A stretch of 64,000 nt of DNA from Dehalococcoidia bacterium (GTDB lineage Bacteria; Chloroflexota; Dehalococcoidia; Lucifugimonadales; UBA3495): contig CBDBMH010000001.1 of the NCBI GenBank assembly GCA_965207275.1, positions 970,444-1,034,443 on the forward strand, written 5' to 3'. Under the pieces are notes generated by a model that saw only the letters and a program-made list of their open reading frames with translations, made no database searches and had not been told where the DNA came from. The translations under genes and the position numbers were made by a program. The stretch's first letter is position 1. The number at the start of each line of letters is the position of its first letter. This document shows positions 1 to 9,701 of the stretch, piece after piece.

Positions 1-72
1 AGCGCCCCCGCAAACGCTCCCTCCCGACGCGCCACCCCCCACCCCCGTCTGGTCCGGAGGCCGAATACGCAG

Positions 73-101
73 CGGTCCGGCTCAGGCGGATGGCTGCCCT
101 G
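73..101. repeat. 29-nt direct repeat, copy 1 (cggtccggctcaggcggatggctgccctg); second copy at 390..418
   Basis: Exact 29/29 identity read from the sequence; both copies lie in the non-coding first 550 nt. Confidence 0.9.
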
Positions 102-134
102 TCCCAAAGTTGGCAAGTAATCACGGCTGGAAAG

Positions 135-240
135 CATGTCACTCTGAGCTTGCCTTCCTGTTGCCCTGAGCTTGCCTTCCTGTCGCCCTGAGCTTGCCGA
201 AAGGCCTAAAATCTCTCCCCTCAGCCCGGTCTCAGTCCCC
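135..240 (+). repeat. Family-1 palindromic-element material: three tandem arm copies (gtc..ctgagcttgcc) followed by the conserved core ggcctaaaatctctcccctcagcccgg
   Basis: Arm units at 135..159, 160..181 and 182..203. The core resembles 10827..10855 and the reverse complement of 9781..9800. Confidence 0.7.
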
Positions 241-389
241 AAAACCCAGTCAGTGGGCTTAAGTAAGAAGCCCCGGCCTAATTTACCCTGCCCCAACCCA
301 ACCTCTCCCTGTAATTCCAAGCGCCGCTCCATGACCGCAGCCAACGGCATCCATTACATCTAGCTGGTCCGTTCCTCCCGTATTTGCAC

Positions 390-418
390 CGGTCCGGCTC
401 AGGCGGATGGCTGCCCTG
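390..418. repeat. 29-nt direct repeat, copy 2
   Basis: Identical to 73..101. Confidence 0.9.
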
Positions 419-551
419 GTCTCACCCGCGAAACCACCTGAAACGAAACCCTGTCTCGCCATCCCCCACCCTACCCAACCTGCCAACCCCGGTCTATAAT
501 CAGTATTGAATAACTTGTACCGACCCCAGCCTGCCGCATTGGGAGGCCGCC

Positions 552-920
552 ATGTCGCGTTTCCTGTTTCCCATCCTTATGATGATGTTGCCCAGGTTCC
601 TGCCCAACATTATCAAGTATGTCTTGCTGATCTGGCGGCTGACCGTGGACCGGCGGGTCAACTTCATTCTGCGGTGCCTGGTGCCCCTGGCCCTGGTCTA
701 CTTTCTCTGGCCCTTCGACCTGATTAAGGACAACATCCCCCTCATCGGTCGGGTGGACGACATCATAATCCTGGGATTGGCCATACTTTTCCTGATAAAG
801 CTGGCGCCGTCTCACGTGGTGGACGAACACCTGGGACGAGCGGCTCCCTCCGACCGCCCTGAGGACAAGGACCCGTCCCAGGTGGTGGATGGCAAGGCCC
901 GTTTCCTTGACGACGAGTAA
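552..920 (+). CDS. DUF1232 (YkvA-like) small membrane protein
   Basis: Hydrophobic N-terminal half and the motif FDLIKDNIPLIGRVDDIIILG typical of DUF1232. ATG start and coding-like codon bias. Confidence 0.7.
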   Translation: MSRFLFPILMMMLPRFLPNIIKYVLLIWRLTVDRRVNFILRCLVPLALVYFLWPFDLIKDNIPLIGRVDDIIILGLAILFLIKLAPSHVVDEHLGRAAPSDRPEDKDPSQVVDGKARFLDDE

Positions 921-2202
921 ACGCGGCAGGCCGTCCTCGCTGGCCGGGTTCGGGGCCGAAACGGCCGGCGGCCGGGAAGTTCGTCCGGGCCATAACCTGG
1001 CCTCCCTCCAGGATACGGGCATTTCCCTCTACGTCCACGTGCCTTTCTGCCAGACCAAGTGCCCCTACTGCGACTTCAATACCTACCAGGGCATTGAGAG
1101 CCTGATGTCGCCTTACCTGGATGCCCTGCTCGCCGAGATCAGCGCCTGGGGTCAGGCCCTGGGTCATCCCCCCATTGACACTATTTTCTTCGGCGGTGGG
1201 ACCCCTTCCTACCTGCCCGATGGCACGCTGGGCCGGATCATTGCCACCGCCGGCGAGGCATTTTCCATTCGCGGAGACGCCGAAATAACGGCCGAGGCCA
1301 ATCCGGGCGATCTTACTCCCGCCCGGGCCTCCGGCCTGCTCGCCCAGGGGCTGAACCGTGTGAGCATCGGGGTGCAGTCGCTGGATAACGACCTGCTGAA
1401 CCTGCTGGGTCGCCGCCACGACGGCGAACAGGCTATAGCTGCCTTTCGCAACGTGCGCGACGCGGGGTTCGACAACGTCAACCTGGACCTGATTTACGGT
1501 CTCCCGCGCCAGTCCCTGCCCCAATGGCAGGACACCCTGAAGCGGTTGGCTTCCCTGGAGCCGGCCCACATCTCTCTGTACTGCCTGACGGTGGAAGAGG
1601 GTACGCCCCTGCACCGCTGGGTAGAGCGGGGAGAGGTGCCCCATCCGGATCCCGACCTGGCGGCCGATATGTACCAGTACTCGCGGGAATTGCTGGGTGG
1701 CCTGGGCTACCATCACTACGAGATATCCAACTGGTCGCTGCCGGGGCTGGCTTCCCGGCATAACCTGGCCTACTGGCGCAACCTGCCCTACCTGGGCGTG
1801 GGCCCCGGCGCCCATTCCTGCCTGGGCGGGATCCGATTCTGGGACATGGACTCTCCCCGGGGCTACATCGAGGCGGCGCGGCGGTGGGCCGCTGACGCGG
1901 CAGCTCCCCCCGGCGAAATAACGGCCGATTGGCTGGACGACGTCGGTCCCGTGGGCGGCTACGAGTCGATTGACGACGACCTGGCGGCAGCGGAAACAAT
2001 GTTCCTGGGCCTGCGCCTCCTGGACGGGCTGGACTTGACCGGGGCTTCAGCACGGCTGGGCGCCGACCTGGCCGCTCGCTACCACACCCAGCTGGCCGAA
2101 CTGGTCGAACTGGGGCTGCTGGTAAGGGAGGATACCGTTTACCGGCTGCATCCTTCCGCTTACCTGGTAGCCAACCAGGTATTCCAACGGTTCCTGGGCT
2201 GA
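889..2202 (+). CDS. hemW: Radical SAM HemN/HemW-family protein (oxygen-independent coproporphyrinogen oxidase-like / heme chaperone)
   Basis: YVHVPFCQTKCPYCDFNT carries the CxxxCxxC radical SAM motif. GGGTPS and the overall length match the HemW family. Start is uncertain: ATG 889 overlaps the upstream gene by 32 nt. Confidence 0.8.
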   Translation: MARPVSLTTSKRGRPSSLAGFGAETAGGREVRPGHNLASLQDTGISLYVHVPFCQTKCPYCDFNTYQGIESLMSPYLDALLAEISAWGQALGHPPIDTIFFGGGTPSYLPDGTLGRIIATAGEAFSIRGDAEITAEANPGDLTPARASGLLAQGLNRVSIGVQSLDNDLLNLLGRRHDGEQAIAAFRNVRDAGFDNVNLDLIYGLPRQSLPQWQDTLKRLASLEPAHISLYCLTVEEGTPLHRWVERGEVPHPDPDLAADMYQYSRELLGGLGYHHYEISNWSLPGLASRHNLAYWRNLPYLGVGPGAHSCLGGIRFWDMDSPRGYIEAARRWAADAAAPPGEITADWLDDVGPVGGYESIDDDLAAAETMFLGLRLLDGLDLTGASARLGADLAARYHTQLAELVELGLLVREDTVYRLHPSAYLVANQVFQRFLG

Positions 2203-2340
2203 CGCAATCCATTCAAGCCAACCGGCCTCTGTTCATGGAATCCCCATTCCTTCAACTTGCCAAGGCTTTACATAAGCTATAGCCTATATAGGTGGCCCGT
2301 TCATCCGGGCCCCGAATAATCTCCCGGAGTGTAGCCAGTC

Positions 2341-3675
2341 TTGGAATACATTAACGCCACAGCCCAACTACGGTTCCGCCCCCTTAACCTGAAGGCAATT
2401 ATAACTCTTCCTCTTATTCTGATCGCCGTGTCCCTTATGGCAGCCTGTCAGGCCGAGCCCACTCCGGCGCCGGCAAGCACGCCCACTCCTGTGCCTCCGC
2501 CCACCCCGAACATCCAGGCCACTATTGACGCGGCGGTGGCCGCGGCCATTAGTCTCCAGGGATCACAGACATCTGAAACCCCCGACGAAGAGGCCACCGA
2601 GGAGCCGACCGAGGAACCCACTGAAGAACCCACGGCCGCTCCCGAGCCCACCGGCGCTCCCGCGGCCACGGCTACCCCCATCCCTCCGCCCACCGCCGCC
2701 CCGCTGCCCACGGCAACGGCGGCTCCGACGGTTGCGCCCACGCCCCTGCCGGAACCTGCGGCCACTCCCATCCCGTTGCCGACTCCCACGCCCTTGCCCC
2801 TTGCTACGCCGACGCCCCGTCCGCCCACTCCCACCCCCACGCCGGCAGTGGTGACTATCGCCAAGATCGACAGCAACGGCGCCCACACTTGCGTCCTGTT
2901 TTCCGATGGCTCGGTAGACTGCTGGGGCAGCGACGTAAACTCACAGTTGAGCGTGCCGCTGGGTGTCACCTTCTCGGACATCAGCGCGGGAAGTTCCTTC
3001 ACCTGCGGCATCCAGGCCGACGAACCCAGGGTGGGAGCCGCATTCTGCTGGGGCAAGGACCTGCTCGGCACCTTCCAGGTCGACCGCAGCCTGAGACTCA
3101 AGGCGATTGACGCCGGTGGTCAACACATTTGCGGAGTCCAGATGGACGATACTATCGTGTGCTGGGGCAACAACGACCACCACCAGACGGAGGCTCCCCT
3201 GGTCCAGACCTTCGTTGACGTCAGCGCCGGCGGTGACTTTTCCTGCGGTTTGAAGGCCGACGGTACCGTCCAATGCTGGGGGGCCAACAACTATCAGCAA
3301 AGTACTGTTCCTGAAGGGGAGCTTTTTGTCGCCATAGACTCGGGAGACCGGCACACTTGCGGCCTGCAGGAGCTGGGGACCATAGTCTGTTGGGGAGGTC
3401 TCCTGGCTGACCCGCCTGCTCTCGAAGGATTCACCGCCGTGGGGTCGGGTACCGAGTTCGCTTGCGGTGTCCAGGCCGATAGCACTGTTGCCTGTTGGGG
3501 TCGGGGATCACAGAGAGACCTGGAACCACCCGACCGGAGGGGGTTTGAAATCCTCAGCAGCGGCGACCAGCATACCTGCGCCGTGAGGCACGACGGAGTT
3601 GTGGTTTGCTGGGGAGGCAACAGGTACTTGGGGGCCACAAATCCACCCGACTACCTGGAGGCCCCGCGCTATTGA
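2341..3675 (+). CDS. Secreted or lipid-anchored RCC1-repeat (7-blade beta-propeller) protein with a Pro/Thr/Ala-rich linker
   Basis: Signal-like N-terminus ending LMAAC, an acidic EEPT repeat and a PT-rich tract. Seven repeats follow of the type HxCG....DG.v.CWG. TTG start as given in the track. Confidence 0.75.
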   Translation: MEYINATAQLRFRPLNLKAIITLPLILIAVSLMAACQAEPTPAPASTPTPVPPPTPNIQATIDAAVAAAISLQGSQTSETPDEEATEEPTEEPTEEPTAAPEPTGAPAATATPIPPPTAAPLPTATAAPTVAPTPLPEPAATPIPLPTPTPLPLATPTPRPPTPTPTPAVVTIAKIDSNGAHTCVLFSDGSVDCWGSDVNSQLSVPLGVTFSDISAGSSFTCGIQADEPRVGAAFCWGKDLLGTFQVDRSLRLKAIDAGGQHICGVQMDDTIVCWGNNDHHQTEAPLVQTFVDVSAGGDFSCGLKADGTVQCWGANNYQQSTVPEGELFVAIDSGDRHTCGLQELGTIVCWGGLLADPPALEGFTAVGSGTEFACGVQADSTVACWGRGSQRDLEPPDRRGFEILSSGDQHTCAVRHDGVVVCWGGNRYLGATNPPDYLEAPRY

Positions 3676-3731
3676 TGGGTTTACTGGTGTAGCGTGAACC
3701 GGCGCTGCCCCTGAGCGCCGCGGGGAAGGCC

Positions 3732-3756
3732 GGCGGGCAACTAGGAATTGCCCGCC
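3732..3756 (+). terminator. Hairpin downstream of the RCC1 gene
   Basis: 9-bp stem ggcgggcaa/ttgcccgcc with a 7-nt loop, followed by a T-containing tail cgtttctcgcttg. Confidence 0.4.
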
Positions 3757-3927
3757 CGTTTCTCGCTTGTCTGCCGGGGTTTCCAGGCGGTGTCGCCAAA
3801 ATGACGATATCTGGCTATCCCGGCGAAAGTCGGAATCTGGCGCCAGCATCCGGTGTCGGAACATTCACCACAAAACGCCTGGATTCCGGCTCGGGGCCGG
3901 AATGACACGATAAACTGACGACAGGCC

Positions 3928-4635
3928 CTAGCGCTTTGTCGCCTTCTCGGCTGCTGCCTTAGCCTTTTGCCGGCGGCGGTCCAGGGTGCGGCGGATGTAG
4001 TCCGCGGCGTCGGGGGTTTTACAGCCCGTCTCCCCGTGGTCCACCTCCACCTTGCCGATGCGGGCGGCGGCGGTCAGCGCCTGTTGCTCCAGCCCGTCGT
4101 TGCGGATGCCGATAGCGATCAGCGCCGAGTTCATTGCGTCCCTAACCCGGTTCTTCCTGGCGTGAATTTCGCCCTCTATGGTTGCCAGGTGGGCGGTGAA
4201 GTAGGTGTCGGACAATTCCTGCTCCTTCATAGCCAGGTGGGCTACCAGGTGCCATCCGGCCCGGCCTGTCCATTCCGCTTCGGAAACAGTCCATTCTTCG
4301 CTCTTCCGCTGTGCCAGGCCCGTCTTGCCAACGAAACCGGAGAAGGCGTCGGTAATCACGTAGCTGTCCAGGTCATTCAGCCAGGCGCCCAGCAGCGATT
4401 CATCGGCCCGGCCGGGGTCGGCAACCATGGTTGCCAGCACCCTGGCATCGTGATTGCCCGTGGCCCACAGTTCCAGGGCCAGGGAATGGTCCCGCCGAAT
4501 GGCCTTGGCCAGCTTGTTGAGATTGGTGTAGCTTACCCCGAACATGTCGTCGCGGACGCCGTGGCGGGCGTACACCTTCCGATTCTGCGCGGTGCCCATT
4601 TCCTGCAATTGTTGCATCGCTTCCTGGAGGTTCAT
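3928..4635 (-). CDS. DNA alkylation repair protein (AlkD-like HEAT-repeat family)
   Basis: N-terminus MNLQEAMQQLQEMGTAQNRKVYARHGV..FGVSYTNLNKLAKAI..LALELWATGNHDARVLA matches the family pattern as I recall it. Confidence 0.7.
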   Translation of the reverse strand: MNLQEAMQQLQEMGTAQNRKVYARHGVRDDMFGVSYTNLNKLAKAIRRDHSLALELWATGNHDARVLATMVADPGRADESLLGAWLNDLDSYVITDAFSGFVGKTGLAQRKSEEWTVSEAEWTGRAGWHLVAHLAMKEQELSDTYFTAHLATIEGEIHARKNRVRDAMNSALIAIGIRNDGLEQQALTAAARIGKVEVDHGETGCKTPDAADYIRRTLDRRRQKAKAAAEKATKR

Positions 4636-4801
4636 TACTCTTCCCGCCTGAGTAAGATGCTTGTCAACGATGCCTTACTATACAGGAGTGCAGGCGAATC
4701 GGGGCATAATCAGTCGATCTGCATTTCCGGCAGTTTCCTCTGAAATCGCCTATCCCGGCTTGTGCATGAATGCTATGCTTAAGGGAGCAAGGAGATTCTT
4801 T

Positions 4802-5083
4802 ATGAGTTCAGCCAGCATCCAGACAAACTACATTGTACAGGATGAGGGTATCTGCGGCGGCAAGCCCCGCATTGCCGGAACCCGGATGAAGGTGCAGCAT
4901 ATTGCCCTGGAGTACGTTCATATGGGTTTAAATGTGGAGCAGATCTGCAAGTCCCATCCTCACATCACTCGCGGCCAGATCCACGCCGCTCTTTCGTATT
5001 ACTATGACCACCAGGATGAGATCGAGAAGGATATCAAGGATGACGAGGAGTTTGCCAAGAGAATGGAAGCAGAGCAGCGCTGA
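4802..5083 (+). CDS. DUF433 protein (putative antitoxin)
   Basis: CGGKPRIAGTRMKVQHIALEY...GQIHAALSYYYDHQDEI is typical of DUF433. AAGGAG lies 7 nt upstream of ATG 4802. The longer track ORF from 4661 lacks an RBS. Confidence 0.75.
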   Translation: MSSASIQTNYIVQDEGICGGKPRIAGTRMKVQHIALEYVHMGLNVEQICKSHPHITRGQIHAALSYYYDHQDEIEKDIKDDEEFAKRMEAEQR

Positions 5084-5412
5084 TGCCCCTTTCATTGCTC
5101 TGTGACGAGCACGTGCGCTTCGATGTCATAAATGGTTTAAGGGTACAGGGTATTGATATAGTCTCGGTGCAAGACTTAGGCTTGAGGGGTAGACCCGACC
5201 CGGAAGTGCTGTCCGCAGCACAGCAAGCCGGGCGCATCGTATATACGAGCGATACCGATTTTGTTCGCCTTAGTAACTCCGGGGTTCCGCACTCCGGAGT
5301 TTTCTTCCATCACATTCGAAAGTACTCGCCCAGCGCGGCCATCAATGTGGTGTACCTAGCCTGCCAAGTTCTATCCTCCGGCGAAATGCGCAATCGTGTA
5401 GAATTCCTCTAA
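5083..5412 (+). CDS. DUF5615 / Mut7-C-like PIN-fold protein (putative toxin)
   Basis: LLCDEHV...GIDIVSVQDLGLRG.PDPEVL..A...GRIVYTSDTDF. Its start ATG overlaps the upstream TGA by 1 nt (translational coupling). Confidence 0.7.
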   Translation: MPLSLLCDEHVRFDVINGLRVQGIDIVSVQDLGLRGRPDPEVLSAAQQAGRIVYTSDTDFVRLSNSGVPHSGVFFHHIRKYSPSAAINVVYLACQVLSSGEMRNRVEFL

Positions 5413-5436
5413 ACGCCATACCAGAGGCACTATTCC

Positions 5437-7302
5437 ATGTACGTCATCGGCACTGCCGGCCACGTTGACCACGGCAAGTCCACCCTGGTCAAAGCCCTTA
5501 CCAACATCGACCCGGATCGCCTGCCCGAAGAAAAAGAGCGGGAGATGACCGTCGACCTGGGATTTGCCTGGATGACCCTGCCCAGCGGGCGGGAAGTCAG
5601 CATCGTGGACGTACCCGGCCACGAACGGCTGATCAAGAACATGCTGGCCGGCGTGGGCGCCATCGACCTGGCCCTGCTCATCGTGGCTGCCGACGAGAGT
5701 GTGATGCAGCAGACCCGGGAACACCTGGCCATTCTTGACATCCTGCAGATCAGGCGGGGCCTGGTGGTGATTACCAAGGCCGACCTGGTGGACGAAGAAC
5801 TGGTCGACCTGGTCAAGGCCGAAGTGGAAGACGTGGTGGCTGGCACGTCCTTCGAGGGCTGCCCGATGATCGGTGTTTCGGCCTTTACCGGCGCCGGCCT
5901 GGATGAACTCAAGGCCACCATAGACGAAATCCTGGACGAGACCGGGGCGCGGCGGGACCTGGGCCGGCCCCGCCTTCCGGTGGACCGCTGCTTCTCCATA
6001 TCGGGATTCGGCACCGTGGTTACCGGAACCCTGATCGACGGTATGTTCGCCGTGGGCCAGGAGGTGGAATTGACCCCTTCGGGTATGCGGGGACGCATCC
6101 GTGGGCTGCAGAGCCACCGGGAACGGGTGGACCGCAGCGACCCCGGCGTCCGGCTGGCGGTCAACCTGTCCGGCGTAGCCAGGTCCGACATTGAACGGGG
6201 AGAGGTGGTGACGCTGCCCGGCTGGCTCACCTCCACCCGCCGCCTGGACGCCCACATCCGCATGGTGCGGGGCGCGCCCCATCCGCTGCGCCACAACGCC
6301 GGCGTAACCTTCCACCTGTTCACCAGCGAGACCACGGCCCGGGTGCGGCTGCTGGATGCCGACCGCCTGGCGCCGGGCGATGAGGGCTGGATCCAGATAC
6401 TGCTGGACGACCCCATCCCAATGGTCAAGGGCGACTACTTTGTCCTGCGCTCCGCCGAGGACACCCTGGGTGGTGGACAGGTGGTGGACCCTGCCCCTCG
6501 CCGCCGCCACCGCCGGTTCAGCCCCGAGACCATCGAACAACTGATGATGCTGGACCAGGGCACTGGCGAAGACATCATCTACAGCGTGGCCGACCAGGGC
6601 GGCCCCTGCGACCTGCGAACCCTGTCCCAGCGCTCCAACCTGTCCACGGAGGAGGCGTTGGAGAGGGCGGTGCAACTGGCCGATGCGGGCGACCTAGTCA
6701 TCCTGGGCGAACTGGGATCGGAGAGTGACGCGGTGGTCTATTCGGCCCAGGGCTGGGACATCTTCAGGAACCGGGTGGCGGTGGAACTGCAGACCTACCA
6801 TCACAGTTATCCCCTGCGCCGGGGGGCGCCCACCCAGGAAATCCGCAGCCGCACCGGCCTTTCCCAGGGGGTGTACCTGAAAGCGCTGGCCCGGCTGGTT
6901 GAGGAGGGCCGCTTGGTGGAGGAAGGCCAGCAGGTACGACTTCCCGACCACCGGGTGACGCTGACGCCGGAACTGGAGAAGCGGGCCACCGACTACGTAC
7001 AGTCTCTGGAGCGGGAACCCTACTCCCCACCCACCGAGCATCACCCGGAGCCGGAACTGCTGGGCTACCTGGTCGACGAGGGCCAGGTGGTGCGGGTCAA
7101 CGAGTCGGTAATCTTCGCCGCCGCGGCCTACCGGGAACTGACGGAGCGGATTGTGGCGCACCTGCGCGAGAACGGCTCAATAACAGTGGCCGATGTCCGA
7201 ACCATGTTCGACACCAGCCGCAAATACAGCCTCCCTCTCCTGGAACACATGGACCAGCAGCGCATAACCCGCCGGGTAGGGGATGAGCGGGTGCTGCGGT
7301 AG
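5437..7302 (+). CDS. selB: Selenocysteine-specific translation elongation factor SelB
   Basis: GTPase N-terminus VIGTAGHVDHGKSTLVKALT, DVPGHERLIKNM and ITKADL. The long C-terminal extension with winged-helix-like repeats is typical of bacterial SelB (621 aa). Confidence 0.9.
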   Translation: MYVIGTAGHVDHGKSTLVKALTNIDPDRLPEEKEREMTVDLGFAWMTLPSGREVSIVDVPGHERLIKNMLAGVGAIDLALLIVAADESVMQQTREHLAILDILQIRRGLVVITKADLVDEELVDLVKAEVEDVVAGTSFEGCPMIGVSAFTGAGLDELKATIDEILDETGARRDLGRPRLPVDRCFSISGFGTVVTGTLIDGMFAVGQEVELTPSGMRGRIRGLQSHRERVDRSDPGVRLAVNLSGVARSDIERGEVVTLPGWLTSTRRLDAHIRMVRGAPHPLRHNAGVTFHLFTSETTARVRLLDADRLAPGDEGWIQILLDDPIPMVKGDYFVLRSAEDTLGGGQVVDPAPRRRHRRFSPETIEQLMMLDQGTGEDIIYSVADQGGPCDLRTLSQRSNLSTEEALERAVQLADAGDLVILGELGSESDAVVYSAQGWDIFRNRVAVELQTYHHSYPLRRGAPTQEIRSRTGLSQGVYLKALARLVEEGRLVEEGQQVRLPDHRVTLTPELEKRATDYVQSLEREPYSPPTEHHPEPELLGYLVDEGQVVRVNESVIFAAAAYRELTERIVAHLRENGSITVADVRTMFDTSRKYSLPLLEHMDQQRITRRVGDERVLR

Positions 7303-7645
7303 GGGGAGCCACCTACCAATTGAAGCCTGAATCGATTACGCCCTTCATCATTCCGGGCGCGGGTCAGGTCAAGATTCGGGTCCTCACTAAGCCGCCCATA
7401 GTGGGCCGGTGCAACTATTCTTAGCTTTGGGGTTGCCTTAGACGGGCCGGGACCAAAGGGGGAAAAGCCGTCCCTTTTGGCCTTCCATTATTCCAGAGCA
7501 TGTTCTCCATGGAGATCGCACTTGGAACGGTCCGCCTGAATACCAGCCTCTTCGATATATGAGACAGGTGTCCCCGATTACGGGATCCCTACCTCCGCGA
7601 GAATGACGGGTTTTACCTGAAGCTATATGCCGTTGCCCACCTTTC

Positions 7646-8524
7646 CTACCCCCGCTCGTACCAGTCGGGGTGGACGGCCTGGAGGCCCAGCTGAGGCCAG
7701 GCTGCGGGGGCGCCGCACTTTTCCAGGCGCTCTTCCAGCGGCAGTGATTCGTCCCAGTAGTAGGCGATGATGCGTCGGCCGGTCCAGTCGGCGGCATCGT
7801 CCGAGGCGATCCACACCGCCGGGGCCTGCATTACCTCGGGCTGGATGAGGGTGCGGGAGCTGGCGCCGCCGGGAGGAATGACCATGTTGGTGGCGGTGGC
7901 GCCGCCGGGAGTAAGCACGTTGGCGGTTACCCCGGTGCCCTCCAGGTCCTGGGCCATGATTGCCACCAGGGCCTCGTGGCCCGCCTTGGAGGGGCCGTAG
8001 GGCGCGCCGCCTCTGCGCCACATGGTGTCCATGCTGGTGGTAACGCTGATGATACGCCCGAAACCCTGCCGCATCATGTGGGGGACCACGGCGTGGGACA
8101 TTATGAAAGGGCCGCTGAGGTTCACGGCGATGACTCGCAGCCACCCGGCGGGGTCGATGGTCCAGAAGTCGGTGCGGCGGCCCGATTCCTCGGGACCGGT
8201 GAAGCCGCCGGAACGCAGGTTAATGCCGGCGTTGTTCACCAGGATATGCAGGCCACCCATCTCGTTGATGGTGCGTTCTACGGCTTGGGCCACCGAGTCG
8301 GGACTGGTGACGTCGGCAACGATGGGAAGAACCGCGTCGTCGCCGCCCAGTTCCTGCATCACGCTGGCAGTCTCGTCCAGCCAGTCCTCATTAATGTCGA
8401 GCATAGCCACCCTGGCGCCGGCCCGCACCAGGCCCTCGGTTATGGAGCGGCCCATGCCGATGGGGCTGGCCGCCCCGGTCACAATGGCTATCCTTCCTTC
8501 CAGTGTCCGGGGAGACGAGGTCAT
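7646..8524 (-). CDS. SDR-family oxidoreductase
   Basis: IAIVTGAASPIGMG Rossmann motif, NNAG and a Y..xK-type catalytic region. ATG 8524 is preceded by GGAGG. Confidence 0.85.
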   Translation of the reverse strand: MTSSPRTLEGRIAIVTGAASPIGMGRSITEGLVRAGARVAMLDINEDWLDETASVMQELGGDDAVLPIVADVTSPDSVAQAVERTINEMGGLHILVNNAGINLRSGGFTGPEESGRRTDFWTIDPAGWLRVIAVNLSGPFIMSHAVVPHMMRQGFGRIISVTTSMDTMWRRGGAPYGPSKAGHEALVAIMAQDLEGTGVTANVLTPGGATATNMVIPPGGASSRTLIQPEVMQAPAVWIASDDAADWTGRRIIAYYWDESLPLEERLEKCGAPAAWPQLGLQAVHPDWYERG

Positions 8525-8863
8525 TTTGCACCTCCGCAATAACGCAACCGAGTTGCGCAAGAAGTTTTCCGGTTATACGGTTCACCATGTTAGCAGAGTT
8601 TACCAACCGCCGCCTGAGAGTGGATGGACTCATTTGACTACAAAGGGAACGCTCTTCCATGACTCCAGGATAAGCGGCCTTCCTCCAGCAGGTCCGCCCC
8701 TACGGCAATGGTTTTGTATTCTTACGGTAGGGGGTTATGCGGTGTAGCAAGGTGGGAGTGTCAGTAGTTCAGCGCGCCGGGAGGAGAATAGATATCGGGG
8801 GAGGGACGAGGCGCACGGTGGTGCGTCCCTGCCACGTCCTTTTGGGGCTTTAACCGTCGCGTG

Positions 8864-9049
8864 CTAGGCGCGCATGTTGGGCGGCAGCAGGTTGGGGATG
8901 GCATCCGTGATGGGGTAGGTTTCCGGGCATTTGCGACAGACCAGCGATCCCTCGATGACCTCTTCGTCCTCGTCCTCCGTTTCCACCGTCAGTACCAGTT
9001 CTCCCTTGCAGACAGGGCAGGCCAGTATTTCCATCAGGTCTTTCTTCAA
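8864..9049 (-). CDS. Trm112-family zinc-ribbon protein
   Basis: LEILACPVCKGEL...LVCRKCPETYPITDAIPNLL. TTG 9049 sits 4 nt after GGAGG and gives the family-typical MKKDLMEIL N-terminus. Confidence 0.7.
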   Translation of the reverse strand: MKKDLMEILACPVCKGELVLTVETEDEDEEVIEGSLVCRKCPETYPITDAIPNLLPPNMRA

Positions 9050-9097
9050 TGGTCCTCCGTTTCCATGATATGGGCCCATGCCGGCAATACGGTTACC

Positions 9098-9577
9098 CTA
9101 GCGGACCAGGCTGTCTTCAAACAGGGCGGCCAGCACGTCGGCCAGTCCGAATATTATAACGCCGATAAGCAGCAGGGCAGTGGGGCCGGTCAGCGCCTCC
9201 TTGATCCTGGTTCCCCGACGGGCGGGAGGAACGTGCTGCCCTGTTTCCCGCGGCCGGCGGAAGCGTATTACGGCCATCATGTAAAGGGCCAGCGCTATCT
9301 TCAGGACCAGTATCGCCACGTAGGGCGGGGTAACGGTGTCCAGGGTCAGTCGGCTGGCGGTAAGGATCGCTCCGGTAACCACCAGCACCACAATGGCCGT
9401 GTTGACCAGTCCGCGAAATTCCTGGCCGATGGAGCGGTTGACCTCGGGATCAGGACCGGTTCGGCGCAAGGCCGGGCGCAGTACCATCAGATAAAAGATG
9501 CCGCCACCTACCCAGGCCACGGCGCCCAAGGCATGGGCCCAGCGAATAAGAAGCAGTATCCAGTCCAGGACAGCCAT
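9098..9577 (-). CDS. Integral membrane protein (4 TM, CopD-like topology), function unknown
   Basis: Four hydrophobic segments, coding codon bias, and only 18 nt from the downstream Trm112 gene. Confidence 0.55.
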   Translation of the reverse strand: MAVLDWILLLIRWAHALGAVAWVGGGIFYLMVLRPALRRTGPDPEVNRSIGQEFRGLVNTAIVVLVVTGAILTASRLTLDTVTPPYVAILVLKIALALYMMAVIRFRRPRETGQHVPPARRGTRIKEALTGPTALLLIGVIIFGLADVLAALFEDSLVR

Positions 9578-9701
9578 AAGCAGAGTTCGATTATCCCGCA
9601 GGTTCTGAATTGAGGGTGACGGGGCCGGAACATTCTATTGGCGGGAAGAACGCAGGTCAAATGGATGGACCGGCCCCACGGCAATCTCCCTTTGAATGAG
9701 T

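Noticed and set aside
2448-3101. Several ORFs on both strands across the Pro/Thr-rich linker of the RCC1 gene
   Set aside because: They are low-complexity artefacts of the repetitive GC-rich linker DNA.
5371-6675. 434-aa and 332-aa minus-strand ORFs opposite selB
   Set aside because: They are antisense shadows of selB with low-complexity composition and no RBS or family motifs.
7303-7645. tRNA-Sec (selC) downstream of selB
   Set aside because: The only CTTCAA-containing stretch (reverse complement of about 7320..7330) lacks a complementary anticodon stem, and no GGTTCGA-type T-arm is present.
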